This document shows, piece by piece, positions 10,647 through 20,222 of a stretch of DNA of 64,000 bases. The DNA lies in NCBI GenBank assembly GCA_014728035.1, contig WJMJ01000071.1:64001-128000 (forward strand), given 5' to 3'. The position numbers and the translations under genes were made by a program. How positions within the stretch are numbered: the stretch's first letter is position 1; every line of letters begins with the position of its first letter. Source of the DNA: Promethearchaeota archaeon. Its GTDB lineage: Archaea; Asgardarchaeota; Thorarchaeia; Thorarchaeales; Thorarchaeaceae. The notes under the pieces are model-generated. The model had not been told where the DNA came from and did not search any database. It worked only from the letters and a program-made list of their open reading frames with translations.

Positions 10647-11315
10647 TTATGACACCACCAATGTGAATAATTTGAACAATTCAGCAAGCTTCTCGATATC
10701 ATGTGCAAGTGAACTTGATATTGTTAGCTCAATTGCCATGGTGTCTTGATAGTTTTTGATAGATTCGATAACCGAAAAGATTAGCTTTCCTCCTCCAAAC
10801 TCAGATTTATCCTCCACAATGTTGAATGTCGAATCTCTTATTTTTTGGATAAAACTAGTTGCTCGCAGTGCGAATCTCTTGCCTATTACTATTGTTTTTT
10901 CTATCTCAAGAATTTCAGGTAATTTATGAATTTTGAGTGAGATAAACATCAGGTTATTTCCATATTTACGAAGATGTCCTAATAGACGATTTACTATTTC
11001 ACTATAGGATTTCTTGTTCCCTGTTGGGCTGGATTGAACCATAAATGACGGCAGTTTAACTCCCTTTTCTCTCACATCTTTAAGAAAATTGATAACCATT
11101 CTGTCTTCTGGAGAATTATCTTGAAGACATATCATTACTCTTGGGATTCCTATGATATAGTCACCATCTGATACCGATTTGGAAATCCGTCTATCTTGCG
11201 TCATTATATGGATTGTTTCAGATATTGACGATACCTTGTCAGTAATTTGCTTAATTAGATCTTTAGCTCTCTCAAGGCTTTGTTGGATGTCTTCAATAGA
11301 TGTGGGTCTATCCAT
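10647..11315 (-). CDS. Hypothetical protein: N-terminal coiled coil plus degenerate N-formylglutamate-amidohydrolase-like domain
   Basis: GAGGT RBS. EFGGGKLIF...TMAIELTISSSL resembles the FGase C-terminal signature. Confidence 0.5.
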   Translation of the reverse strand: MDRPTSIEDIQQSLERAKDLIKQITDKVSSISETIHIMTQDRRISKSVSDGDYIIGIPRVMICLQDNSPEDRMVINFLKDVREKGVKLPSFMVQSSPTGNKKSYSEIVNRLLGHLRKYGNNLMFISLKIHKLPEILEIEKTIVIGKRFALRATSFIQKIRDSTFNIVEDKSEFGGGKLIFSVIESIKNYQDTMAIELTISSSLAHDIEKLAELFKLFTLVVS

Positions 11316-11383
11316 ACTTTAACCTCAAGGGACCGTGATGATATTTCACTATCCCTAACGGTTATTATCTTTACTAGAACTAT

Positions 11384-11821
11384 TTAGTTTTCAGCAACAA
11401 GTTTGTAAACTCTCTTCAGTTTCTGTGACAGCTCTCGTAGCTTATACCAGACGGTCTCGCGTCCCTTTTGTTCAGCAAGCTTGTCGATTAACATCTGGTG
11501 GTCGAACTCTCCAATATCTTTCAAAAGAATAAGTGCTTCTTCATCTGTAAAATGTGACTTGTTGACACGTCCATCCTTAAAACGTTTGATTAAAGGTAGT
11601 AATGCTTTTTCTGCAGAATCCACCTTGATTAATGCTTCTCGGTAAGAATCTTTTGGGTCTTTCATGGCAAACCCACCAATTAGGGGGGTCATTCCTACTC
11701 CCATGGATCCTTCACCAAGACTATCAAGGATATCCATTGCATCTTGGTAGTACTCGTATGTATCTGTTAGACATTTTTTTATCGCGCGTATAATTCTTGG
11801 ACGGTCGGACACTTCAGCCAT
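11384..11821 (-). CDS. Hypothetical helical protein
   Basis: 145-aa ORF with GAGGT RBS; no family recognised. Confidence 0.7.
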   Translation of the reverse strand: MAEVSDRPRIIRAIKKCLTDTYEYYQDAMDILDSLGEGSMGVGMTPLIGGFAMKDPKDSYREALIKVDSAEKALLPLIKRFKDGRVNKSHFTDEEALILLKDIGEFDHQMLIDKLAEQKGRETVWYKLRELSQKLKRVYKLVAEN

Positions 11822-11842
11822 TTTTAGACCTCTTGATTATTG

Positions 11843-11876
11843 AAAAACAGGAAATAAGGACCCGATTGGGTCCTTA
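11843..11876 (-). terminator. Hairpin terminator after oppF
   Basis: TAAGGACCC/GGGTCCTTA inverted repeat followed on the minus strand by TTTCCTGTTTTT. Confidence 0.7.
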
Positions 11877-11896
11877 ATCTATCAAATTTGATTTTT

Positions 11897-12958
11897 TTAA
11901 AATTGAGCTTCATCAGGAAGCTCGCCAGCAAAGTGACATGCAACGAAGTGACCATCACCCATATCACGGTCTTCAGGTATCTCTTCGACACATCTCTTCT
12001 GAGCGTATGGGCATCTTGGATGGAATCTGCATCCGGATGGTACATTGATGGGACTTGGTGGTTCTCCTTTCAGTGACTCTACACGTCGTTTCACAGTTGG
12101 GTCTCCAGAAGGTACTGCTGAAATGAGAGCTCGTGTATATGGATGCAATGGATTGAATGCGACCTCATGAGCTGGTCCCAGTTCCATAATCTTCCCAAGA
12201 TACATGATACCAATTCTGTCTGCAATATATGTTGCAACTGCAAGGTCGTGTGTAATGAATAGGTATGTAAGACCCAATTCGTCCTTGAGCTGGAGCAGGA
12301 GGTTCAGAATTTCAGCACGAATTGATACATCTAACATAGAAACTGGCTCGTCTGCTACCATGAATTCAGGATGCAGAATTAAAGCACGTGCAATAGAAAT
12401 TCTCTGCCTCTGACCACCTGACAGTTCGTGAGGATATCTGTCAATATAGTCTTCTGCAGGTGTTAGTGCAACACTCTCCAATGCTTCTAGAACTCGCTTT
12501 CGGCGTTGGCTGGGTGTTAGTGGAATCTTGTGAACGGTTAATGGCTCAGATACGATTCCAAAAATACTCTGTTTTGGATTAAGGGACTCGTACGGGTCTT
12601 GGAATGTGATTTGCATTCTCTTCCTGAGTTCCTTCATCTCATTCCTATCAAGAGTTCCTAAGTCCTGATCCAAGTAGTATACTGTTCCATCTGTTGGTTC
12701 TTCAAGATATAACACACATCTTCCAGTTGTAGTCTTTCCACAACCAGATTCTCCTGCCAGAACAAGTACTTCTCCTTTCTTGATATCAAAGGTTACGCCG
12801 TCAACGGCTTTCACATAAAGTTCTTGTTTGTAAAGAAGTGAGGAGAGAAATCCGGTGTTTACCTCGAACCATTTTCGCATATTTCTGACTCTAATGATGG
12901 TCTCTCCTTCAGATAAATCTGAGGCTCCTTTTAGTTCAATACTTTCTTCGTATGTCAT
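11897..12958 (-). CDS. oppF: Oligopeptide ABC transporter ATP-binding subunit
   Basis: GESGCGKTT, LSGGQRQR, VADEP and C-terminal GCRFHPRCP Fe-S motif. GGAGG RBS before ATG 12958. Confidence 0.95.
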   Translation of the reverse strand: MTYEESIELKGASDLSEGETIIRVRNMRKWFEVNTGFLSSLLYKQELYVKAVDGVTFDIKKGEVLVLAGESGCGKTTTGRCVLYLEEPTDGTVYYLDQDLGTLDRNEMKELRKRMQITFQDPYESLNPKQSIFGIVSEPLTVHKIPLTPSQRRKRVLEALESVALTPAEDYIDRYPHELSGGQRQRISIARALILHPEFMVADEPVSMLDVSIRAEILNLLLQLKDELGLTYLFITHDLAVATYIADRIGIMYLGKIMELGPAHEVAFNPLHPYTRALISAVPSGDPTVKRRVESLKGEPPSPINVPSGCRFHPRCPYAQKRCVEEIPEDRDMGDGHFVACHFAGELPDEAQF

Positions 12959-12972
12959 TGTTTTGGACCTCC

Positions 12973-13962
12973 TCAATCTAAGTCTACTGTGAGTTCTCCC
13001 TTTAGCTGTTCTGCAAAGTGACAGGACACGAATCGACCAGGATCAATCTCGTCAAAACTTGGTTCCTCACGTGTACAGATTTCTTTTGCATATGGACATC
13101 TTGGATGGAATCTGCATCCTCTTGGAGGGTCTATAAGATTTGGTGGCGACCCAGGAATAGATGTCAGCTTCTTCTTTTCTGCTTTAATCATGCTTGGAAT
13201 TGCACCAACCAGGCCCGTTGCGTATGGGTGAATTGGTTCCTTGAATACCGAAACCACATCTGCTAGCTCTGCAATCCGTCCCGCATACATAATAGCTGTC
13301 TTATCACAAGTTTCTGCAATAACACTCAAGTCGTGAGTGATCAAAATCAATGAAAGACCCAAGTCTTTCTGAAGCTTCTGCATGAGTTTGAGTATCTGTG
13401 CTTGAATGGTAACATCCAGCGCTGTTGTTGGCTCGTCTGCAATTACCAAGTCCGGGTTGCATGCTAGAGCCATTGCAATCATGGCCCTTTGTCGCATTCC
13501 ACCAGAGAACTCGTGTGGATAATTGTGAATACGACCAGGATCAAGACCAACCATCTCAAATAGCTTGGCACACCGGTCAAGTGCTTCTTCTTCTGTAACA
13601 TTCTCGTGCATAAGAATGGCCTCAGCAATCTGTTCACCAATCTCAAATACAGGATTCAAAGCATTCATAGCACCTTGAAAGACTATTGCGACATTCTTCC
13701 ATCTGATGTCACGCATCTCTCTCGCTGTCTTTCTCAGAAGGTCGTCTCCCTTGAAGAAAATATTACCTCCCACAATATTAGCCGCTGGTGGCAGCAACTG
13801 CATAATTGAATATGCCAAGCTACTCTTTCCACAACCAGATTCGCCTGCCAGGCCAATTGATTCACCAGAGTCAAGCTGTAGGGTAACATTATCGACGGCC
13901 TTCACTAACCCCTGCTGTGTTTGATAGTACATGCGTAGGTTTTTAATATCAAGGAGGTTCAT
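12973..13962 (-). CDS. oppD: Oligopeptide ABC transporter ATP-binding subunit
   Basis: [53 protein letters not shown]. Confidence 0.95.
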   Translation of the reverse strand: MNLLDIKNLRMYYQTQQGLVKAVDNVTLQLDSGESIGLAGESGCGKSSLAYSIMQLLPPAANIVGGNIFFKGDDLLRKTAREMRDIRWKNVAIVFQGAMNALNPVFEIGEQIAEAILMHENVTEEEALDRCAKLFEMVGLDPGRIHNYPHEFSGGMRQRAMIAMALACNPDLVIADEPTTALDVTIQAQILKLMQKLQKDLGLSLILITHDLSVIAETCDKTAIMYAGRIAELADVVSVFKEPIHPYATGLVGAIPSMIKAEKKKLTSIPGSPPNLIDPPRGCRFHPRCPYAKEICTREEPSFDEIDPGRFVSCHFAEQLKGELTVDLD

Positions 13963-14698
13963 ATAGTTATAGCACTCTCCGTCGGAGCAATAGCACGTCC
14001 GTAACTAATTTTGTCCTCGGTTAGGTTCTTAAATACCTAACGGCACAAGCACGGTGGGTGCGATTGCTGATTAATAATGGGTCGGAGACCTCTTCCTAGA
14101 TAACCCTTGGGATTCAGTCAACTTTTTTGTTTGAACTTGAGGGATTTAAATCAAAGAGGGAGTTGCGGGTGTTTAGCTAGGATAACTGACACATCCGGAT
14201 TGAAATACTATAGCGAGGTCGGATAGTTAGTATGAATGAGCCAATTAGACTATGAACCACAATTGAATCATGTGTATTCAATGCGTTCTGAATATAGTTT
14301 CTCTAGAGTACTATAGATCCATCTACTGGAATCAATTCTCTCCAAGTACGCCATGCTGGGCAACATCCAATGCTATTAGTCCAACAGAATGCACACGGTA
14401 GTAGGTATGAGAAAGGCCAAGTCCACATTAAGAGAAACCTCCCAAAACACACAAAAAAACCAAAAAGACTCAGCTAATACTAATGCATCATATTACTGGG
14501 GATGGTTAGTGCAGTAAGAGTTTCCCCTTTGATTTTGTTAGAAAAAGAACAGAGTTGTTAGGGATGAAGGTATGTTGTTGTTCAATCGAAACTTAGTATT
14601 CCTATACGAAAAGTTGGATCTTCAAACTTGGTTTTTCATAAAGAACGCCGAGTACGAAAACCGTAAAAGGGTGTGATTATTGCTAAGTAACGATACCA

Positions 14699-15019
14699 AT
14701 GAGCCCTCGAGTGAAAGCTTTTCCCGAGACCCGTGAAGAACCAAGGAAGAAGATATTGTTAATCCCCCCTGTGTTGATACTTGGAGGATGGGGCCTCACC
14801 ATTCTTCACGAGAGTCTTAGATTTATTGGGTCCCTGATTGCGTTTACAGGAGTTCTTACAGTGTTTTTAGTAGGTATGATTTTTGCGGACCTTTGGGTTG
14901 CATCTCGTCGCACTAAGGATATAATTAAGGCCCGTGAGAGAAGAATGCGTGAGAGCGGAGGAGAGGCAGATGACCCCGACGACCCATTTATAGACACATT
15001 AGAAGAGTCTGCAGACTGA
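14699..15019 (+). CDS. Small two-TM membrane protein with acidic tail
   Basis: Two hydrophobic segments followed by a charged C-terminus. Confidence 0.65.
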   Translation: MSPRVKAFPETREEPRKKILLIPPVLILGGWGLTILHESLRFIGSLIAFTGVLTVFLVGMIFADLWVASRRTKDIIKARERRMRESGGEADDPDDPFIDTLEESAD

Positions 15020-15096
15020 ATTATCCACTTTCAGTGTATACCTAGATAGACACTTTTATTTATGTAAAATCACCATTTACTAAGTAGTAGTACATA

Positions 15097-15160
15097 GGGA
15101 CAGTAGGTATTTGCCCGCACAAAGCGGTGCGTTCTTAAGGGCCTTTGCCTGCTCACTCCC
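15097..15160 (+). promoter_or_regulatory. Structured 5' leader of oppC
   Basis: Nested pairings GGGA/TCCC, AGTAGGT/GCCTGCT, GCCC/GGGC, GCAC/GTGC, ending 6 nt before the GGAGG RBS (15167-15171). Confidence 0.55.
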
Positions 15161-15178
15161 AACACTGGAGGTAAGAAA

Positions 15179-16762
15179 TTGTCCGAATCAAAAAAATCCA
15201 GTTGGAAAGATAGCAACTGGTACATGAGCCTCACTGGTTTTTGGAAGGAATACCGTAGACATAAGATCGGTATTCTTGGTATTATCGTGCTTTTATTTTA
15301 TGTTGGAATGGCCGTTGGAGCTCCATGGCTAGCAACTCACGATCCCTCTCCAAACAACACAGTTGCACCAGAATTTCTTGCTCCTGGGTGGATGTCAGTA
15401 TTTGATCCTACAGGTGTAATTACCGATCAGTATATGCCCGATCGTGAATTAACCGAAGCGCCTGAATTTGAACTCATTGGCGACTCTACTGATTTCTCCT
15501 ACGAGCATTATGTACCGGATGGAGGGAACGGTCGAGTTAATTTAACGTGGGAACATACAGCTGGTACTGAAATTACACTGCAAGATCCATATGATACTGG
15601 ACCTCAGCTATTAGATCCTATCGCTGATTCCTTTATTGTCTTTAAACAAGAAGTCGAATGGCCATTTGAAGGTCTTCCTGAGGATGTCAATATCTCACTA
15701 ACATATGCTACCACTCTTACAGGTGATTTCCTCACTGAAGAGCGTGGTGGTCTGATGTTCAGAGCTTATATCTGGTTTATTGATGATTCAGGAAACTGGA
15801 TGCGAGTATTTGAATCAAATCCTCCATATGCTGATTATTTTCAGACTCGAATCAAACATCTTAGCTTCTTCGACATCAGAGACACCTTTGGTGGAATGGT
15901 TGTAGACGAAAACAATGTGCAGGAAGATGAACGAGATGTATTCACTGTAGCTTTTGGTCTTGTTCCTTCAGAAACGTTCTTCGAAGATTCTGTTGGCGAT
16001 TATGAACATCCATATCTTAACTACACTGGTGGCGTGGAAATAACTGTCGAGGAACTTGGAGTTATTGCACATGGAGGCTATTTTGGTGTACTTGGAACCA
16101 CCGATAAAGGTGGGGATGCTTGGAGTCAGTTAGTGTTTGGGTCTCGCATCTCACTTACCATTGGTATCCTTGCTACTGCTCTGTCAACTGCGGTTGGTGT
16201 GATTGTAGGTCTTACTGCTGGATACTTCGGTGGAAAAACTGATGAGATTTTAATGCGTGTTGTAGACTTCTTACTAGTCATTCCCGGATTGCCATTGATG
16301 ATGGTCTTGGCGGCCTTCTTAGGGCCGACTATAGAGAACATCATCGTTGTAATTTCAATTCTGGGTTGGACTGGCACCTCGCGACTTATACGATCGCAAG
16401 TAATGGCTGAGAAGAACAAAGCATATGTTGAATCTGCAAGAGCTATTGGAGCATCTGATACTTACATCATCTTTAGGCACATTCTACCCAATGTAACCCC
16501 AATTCTCTTTGCAAATATCACCTTGGGTGTTGTCGGTGCTATTCTATCAGAATCCGGTCTTGCATTTTTGGGTCTAACTGATCCTAACGAACCTAGCTGG
16601 GGTCGGATGATTGCAGACGCACAAGGCACAGGTGGATTCAGCCAAGGTGCTTGGTGGGTTGTGGTATTTCCAGGGTTGATGATCACAATACTTTCATTGG
16701 CCTTTACCTTTGTAGGTCATACTCTAGACCAGGTTCTTAATCCAAGGCTCAGAGAAAGATAA
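15179..16762 (+). CDS. oppC: Oligopeptide ABC permease with large extracellular insertion
   Basis: LGTTDKGGDAWSQLVFGSRISL, YVESARAIGAS..IIFRHILPN (EAA loop), EPSWG. TTG start with GGAGG. Confidence 0.93.
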   Translation: MSESKKSSWKDSNWYMSLTGFWKEYRRHKIGILGIIVLLFYVGMAVGAPWLATHDPSPNNTVAPEFLAPGWMSVFDPTGVITDQYMPDRELTEAPEFELIGDSTDFSYEHYVPDGGNGRVNLTWEHTAGTEITLQDPYDTGPQLLDPIADSFIVFKQEVEWPFEGLPEDVNISLTYATTLTGDFLTEERGGLMFRAYIWFIDDSGNWMRVFESNPPYADYFQTRIKHLSFFDIRDTFGGMVVDENNVQEDERDVFTVAFGLVPSETFFEDSVGDYEHPYLNYTGGVEITVEELGVIAHGGYFGVLGTTDKGGDAWSQLVFGSRISLTIGILATALSTAVGVIVGLTAGYFGGKTDEILMRVVDFLLVIPGLPLMMVLAAFLGPTIENIIVVISILGWTGTSRLIRSQVMAEKNKAYVESARAIGASDTYIIFRHILPNVTPILFANITLGVVGAILSESGLAFLGLTDPNEPSWGRMIADAQGTGGFSQGAWWVVVFPGLMITILSLAFTFVGHTLDQVLNPRLRER

Positions 16763-16777
16763 TACGATGTTAGAACT

Positions 16778-16817
16778 GAAAGGCCCATTCTGTGGGTCTT
16801 TCTCCTTTTCCTTTTTT
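16778..16817 (+). terminator. Hairpin terminator after oppC
   Basis: GAAAGGCCCA-TTCTG-TGGGTCTTTC followed by TCCTTTTCCTTTTTT. Confidence 0.75.
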
Positions 16818-16929
16818 CCGCAATCTCACATCACCGAGAACATCAACCTTATATGGGTGATAGGAGTATACTATCTTGTTATACAGTACTTAGTCGTACT
16901 AGGTATAAACTAAAATGGAGTGTCTGAGA

Positions 16930-17979
16930 ATGGGACTACGTGAATATGTCATCAGAAGGAGCATTTACATGTTTCTTCTTGTTGTGGCGGTAGTATGTTT
17001 CAACTTCTTTCTCTTTAGACTTCCAACTCTTGTATTAGATGTCAGTCCTGTTGACCTGATGATTAGCGAAGAACTGAGAAGAAACCTTACACGTCAGGCT
17101 TTAGCCGAACTGTATCAGCGTTTCGGATTGGTTCCTGATCCTGACATTTTTGACTGGATCTACATGTTTTGGCGATACCTCGTCAACATGTTCACAGGCA
17201 ATTTCGGTCTATCCTTCTGGAATCAGCAACCAGTTATGGATGAGATTATGGAACGCCTTCCAAATACTCTCTTATTGATGGGAACATCATCTATTGTTTC
17301 TATTATTTTGGGTATCTGGACTGGTGTAAAGGTCGCAGCTGACCCCGGTTCTCGAAAAGATGTCAGTGCTGTTACATTAGCTCTCTTCATTTACTCATTA
17401 CCTATCTTTTGGTTAGGTATGATGTTGTTGATGATTTTCGCTTTCTACGTACCTGAATTGACTGGTGGGTTGATAGGATTCCCCTTAGGGAAGACAATTA
17501 CCCAACCACTTTGGGGTGTAGCAAAAGCGAGTCCTCTTGGTGGGTTATGGTTGGCAGCTGATATTCTTCATCACCTTTTCCTCCCAATGATTGCATTGGG
17601 TGTAGGTGGTTATGGTGGTTACTTCCTCTATATGCGTAACAATCTCATTGATGTTATGACTGAGGATTACATCTTGACTGCTCGTGCAAAAGGTCTTGAT
17701 GAGAATCAAGTTCTATACAAACATGGTCTAAAGAATGCTATGTTACCAATGGTTACGATTATTGCTATGACCTTCGGGTTCTTGATAAATGGAGCGACGC
17801 TTACCGAAACGGTGTTCAACTGGAACGGGTTAGGTCGCTATATTTTTGATAGCCTGTTCCGGTTAGACTATCCAGTAGTCCAAGCAATCTTTATGATCAT
17901 TGCAATCACCGCTATTCTAGCTAACTTCGTAGCTGACCTACTATATGGTGTATTAGATCCTCGGATTAAGTACGGATAG
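16930..17979 (+). CDS. oppB: Oligopeptide ABC permease
   Basis: GNFGLSF, EDYILTARAKGL..VLYKHGLKNA, TETVFNWNGLG, DLLYGVLDPRI. Confidence 0.95.
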   Translation: MGLREYVIRRSIYMFLLVVAVVCFNFFLFRLPTLVLDVSPVDLMISEELRRNLTRQALAELYQRFGLVPDPDIFDWIYMFWRYLVNMFTGNFGLSFWNQQPVMDEIMERLPNTLLLMGTSSIVSIILGIWTGVKVAADPGSRKDVSAVTLALFIYSLPIFWLGMMLLMIFAFYVPELTGGLIGFPLGKTITQPLWGVAKASPLGGLWLAADILHHLFLPMIALGVGGYGGYFLYMRNNLIDVMTEDYILTARAKGLDENQVLYKHGLKNAMLPMVTIIAMTFGFLINGATLTETVFNWNGLGRYIFDSLFRLDYPVVQAIFMIIAITAILANFVADLLYGVLDPRIKYG

Positions 17980-17999
17980 TTGTTTCAGCTATTAGGAAT

Positions 18000-18033
18000 C
18001 GGCCCTACTGGGCCGCATTTCTTTTTCTTTTTT
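18000..18033 (+). terminator. Hairpin terminator after oppB
   Basis: CGGCCC-TACT-GGGCCG followed by CATTTCTTTTTCTTTTTT. Confidence 0.75.
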
Positions 18034-18240
18034 AAGATTCTACCAAAAATATCTGATGATATTGGTACTACTACTCAATACATTTAATCGCGAGTAGTGG
18101 AATATGTCTACACTTAATCTGCCTACTATCATTATTGTCAGCTATTTCAATGTGTACTGAAATGAACAATAACGCTTTTATTACCCTCTATCTTATTTGA
18201 TGTATCCGATTTCGACTCGGAAAAGGAGATAGAGAGAATT

Positions 18241-20076
18241 ATGGCTAGCACACGTGTGAAAAGATTTGTTGCTTTGTCACTCGTTACTGCTTTTATGTTG
18301 ATGGCTGTTTCTCCAGCTCTTGTCGTTGCACAGGATGGACTTCCTGGTCATGCAAAGTCAGGGCCTTATATTGACAAACTGGTCTTCAACGTAATCACAG
18401 GTGACGACGCACAAGTCCTCGCACTGAAAAACGATGAAATCGATCTTATCGGTGACATGGTTGACCCAGGTTTCCTCCCTGAATTAGAAGAGGATGATAA
18501 TATCGAGGTCGCTAATGTACTCCGAAATGGATATGGATACGTTACAATAAATTGTGACAAATACCCACTTAACTATACAGCCTTCCGTCGAGCTCTTGCT
18601 TTTGCATTAGATAAAAACGCAATCTCAGACCAAGTTTGGGACAGTCTATCGGTACCACAGGACTCCTGTGTGCCACAGGTGAACCCATTCTCAATTGAAG
18701 GTGACCTACCATACACTTACTACGCAGCCAACGTACAGAAGGGTAAGAATCTACTTGCTCAGGCTGGGTTTGCAAACGTAGACGATGATGACTTCTTAGA
18801 GGCACCTAATGGTGAAGACTTTGACATCCTCGTAGAATGTGCACAATCTTCTGAGATTGCTGTTGAAGTAGGTCAGAAAGTTGCAGAAGCTCTACAGGCA
18901 TTAGATATTGATGCTACTTCAATCGCAACAGACTTCTATGAATATCTTAACCGTCTTTACTTCCACTTAGATTATGATATCGTCTTCCTTGGTTCAAGTT
19001 TCAGCACATTTGATGTTGACTGGCTCGCTTATGAGTACTGGTCAGATTATGCAGATGAACCATACTGGAACTTCCCTAACTTCAGAAACGATTCATATGA
19101 TGATTGGAGAGATGAGCTCCTCTATGGTACCACTTTTGAAGAGGTATATGAGGCAGCTATTGAGATGCAGAAGATCTGGGTATTTGAGTGTCCAATGATC
19201 ATCTGTTACGAAAACGTTCTTCTTTCCGCCTACCGAACTGACAAGTTCGAGGGATTTGTCAACGATGTTAGTGATGGTGTACCTGGATGGTGGACCAACT
19301 ATAAGGTTCACAGAAAGGCCGCTGGTCAAGAGATTGGTGGAACTTTCCGCTGGAGCAACCCTCTAGACATCGACACCTTCAACTTCATGACAAGCTCCTC
19401 TGCTTATGCAGCTAATATCAATAACCAGCTTTGGGATAGTCTTATCACCCAGGACTCACAGGGTAATGACGTCAACTGGCTCTGTGAAGACTTCACAACT
19501 GAGACCCATGACGACAACCCAGCAGTACCTGATGGTCACACTAGGTTTACCTTCAATATGATCCAGAACGCAACCTGGACCGATGGTACTCCTATTACTG
19601 CAGAGGATGTTGCCTACTCGTTGAACTTCTTCAAGACTTCAGCTGGCAACCCCTATGGTGCAGACCTGACAGACCTCGCAGCAGCTTATGCCCAGACTCC
19701 TTACACACTCGTTGTAGAGTTTGATACGGAATCATATTGGCACCTGCACACGGTCTCATACAAACCTATCCTACCTAAGCACATCTTCACCGACCCAAGC
19801 TTCCCAACTTGGAACGAGTGGGATCCTGACCCAACTGACCCTGACGAAGAATTCTTTGTCACCTCTGGTCCATTTACCGTATCTGAGTCCGTTGACGGTG
19901 AGTTCACAGAACTCGAATACAACCCCAACTACTTCTACGGTATTGAGCACCCAGATGTCACTGATACAACTGATGCTCCTGTAGCACCAGATGTTTTGAT
20001 GGCAGTTGTAGCTGGCGCTGTTGGCGCTGCAGTGGTCATCCTCGTTGGTGGATATGTCCTGATGAGGCAAAAGTAG
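18241..20076 (+). CDS. oppA: Oligopeptide ABC substrate-binding protein (family 5), circularly permuted, with signal peptide and C-terminal TM anchor
   Basis: PYIDKLVF..ALKNDEID, FRRALAFALDK, GGTFRW, WTDGTPITAEDVAYS, SGPF..NPNY; C-terminal hydrophobic helix followed by MRQK. Confidence 0.9.
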   Translation: MASTRVKRFVALSLVTAFMLMAVSPALVVAQDGLPGHAKSGPYIDKLVFNVITGDDAQVLALKNDEIDLIGDMVDPGFLPELEEDDNIEVANVLRNGYGYVTINCDKYPLNYTAFRRALAFALDKNAISDQVWDSLSVPQDSCVPQVNPFSIEGDLPYTYYAANVQKGKNLLAQAGFANVDDDDFLEAPNGEDFDILVECAQSSEIAVEVGQKVAEALQALDIDATSIATDFYEYLNRLYFHLDYDIVFLGSSFSTFDVDWLAYEYWSDYADEPYWNFPNFRNDSYDDWRDELLYGTTFEEVYEAAIEMQKIWVFECPMIICYENVLLSAYRTDKFEGFVNDVSDGVPGWWTNYKVHRKAAGQEIGGTFRWSNPLDIDTFNFMTSSSAYAANINNQLWDSLITQDSQGNDVNWLCEDFTTETHDDNPAVPDGHTRFTFNMIQNATWTDGTPITAEDVAYSLNFFKTSAGNPYGADLTDLAAAYAQTPYTLVVEFDTESYWHLHTVSYKPILPKHIFTDPSFPTWNEWDPDPTDPDEEFFVTSGPFTVSESVDGEFTELEYNPNYFYGIEHPDVTDTTDAPVAPDVLMAVVAGAVGAAVVILVGGYVLMRQK

Positions 20077-20093
20077 AACCATTTTTAGTATAC

Positions 20094-20125
20094 AGGGGAC
20101 TCTGTCCCCTATTCCTTTCTTTTTT
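20094..20125 (+). terminator. Hairpin terminator after oppA
   Basis: AGGGGAC-TCT-GTCCCCT followed by ATTCCTTTCTTTTTT. Confidence 0.8.
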
Positions 20126-20222
20126 CCATTAATTTCTTTAGTTACATTTTATCGTTTATTACCAAGATAGATGACCTCATTAGTGATTTAGTAGACGTAT
20201 TTGTTGAAGAATGTAGAAATTT

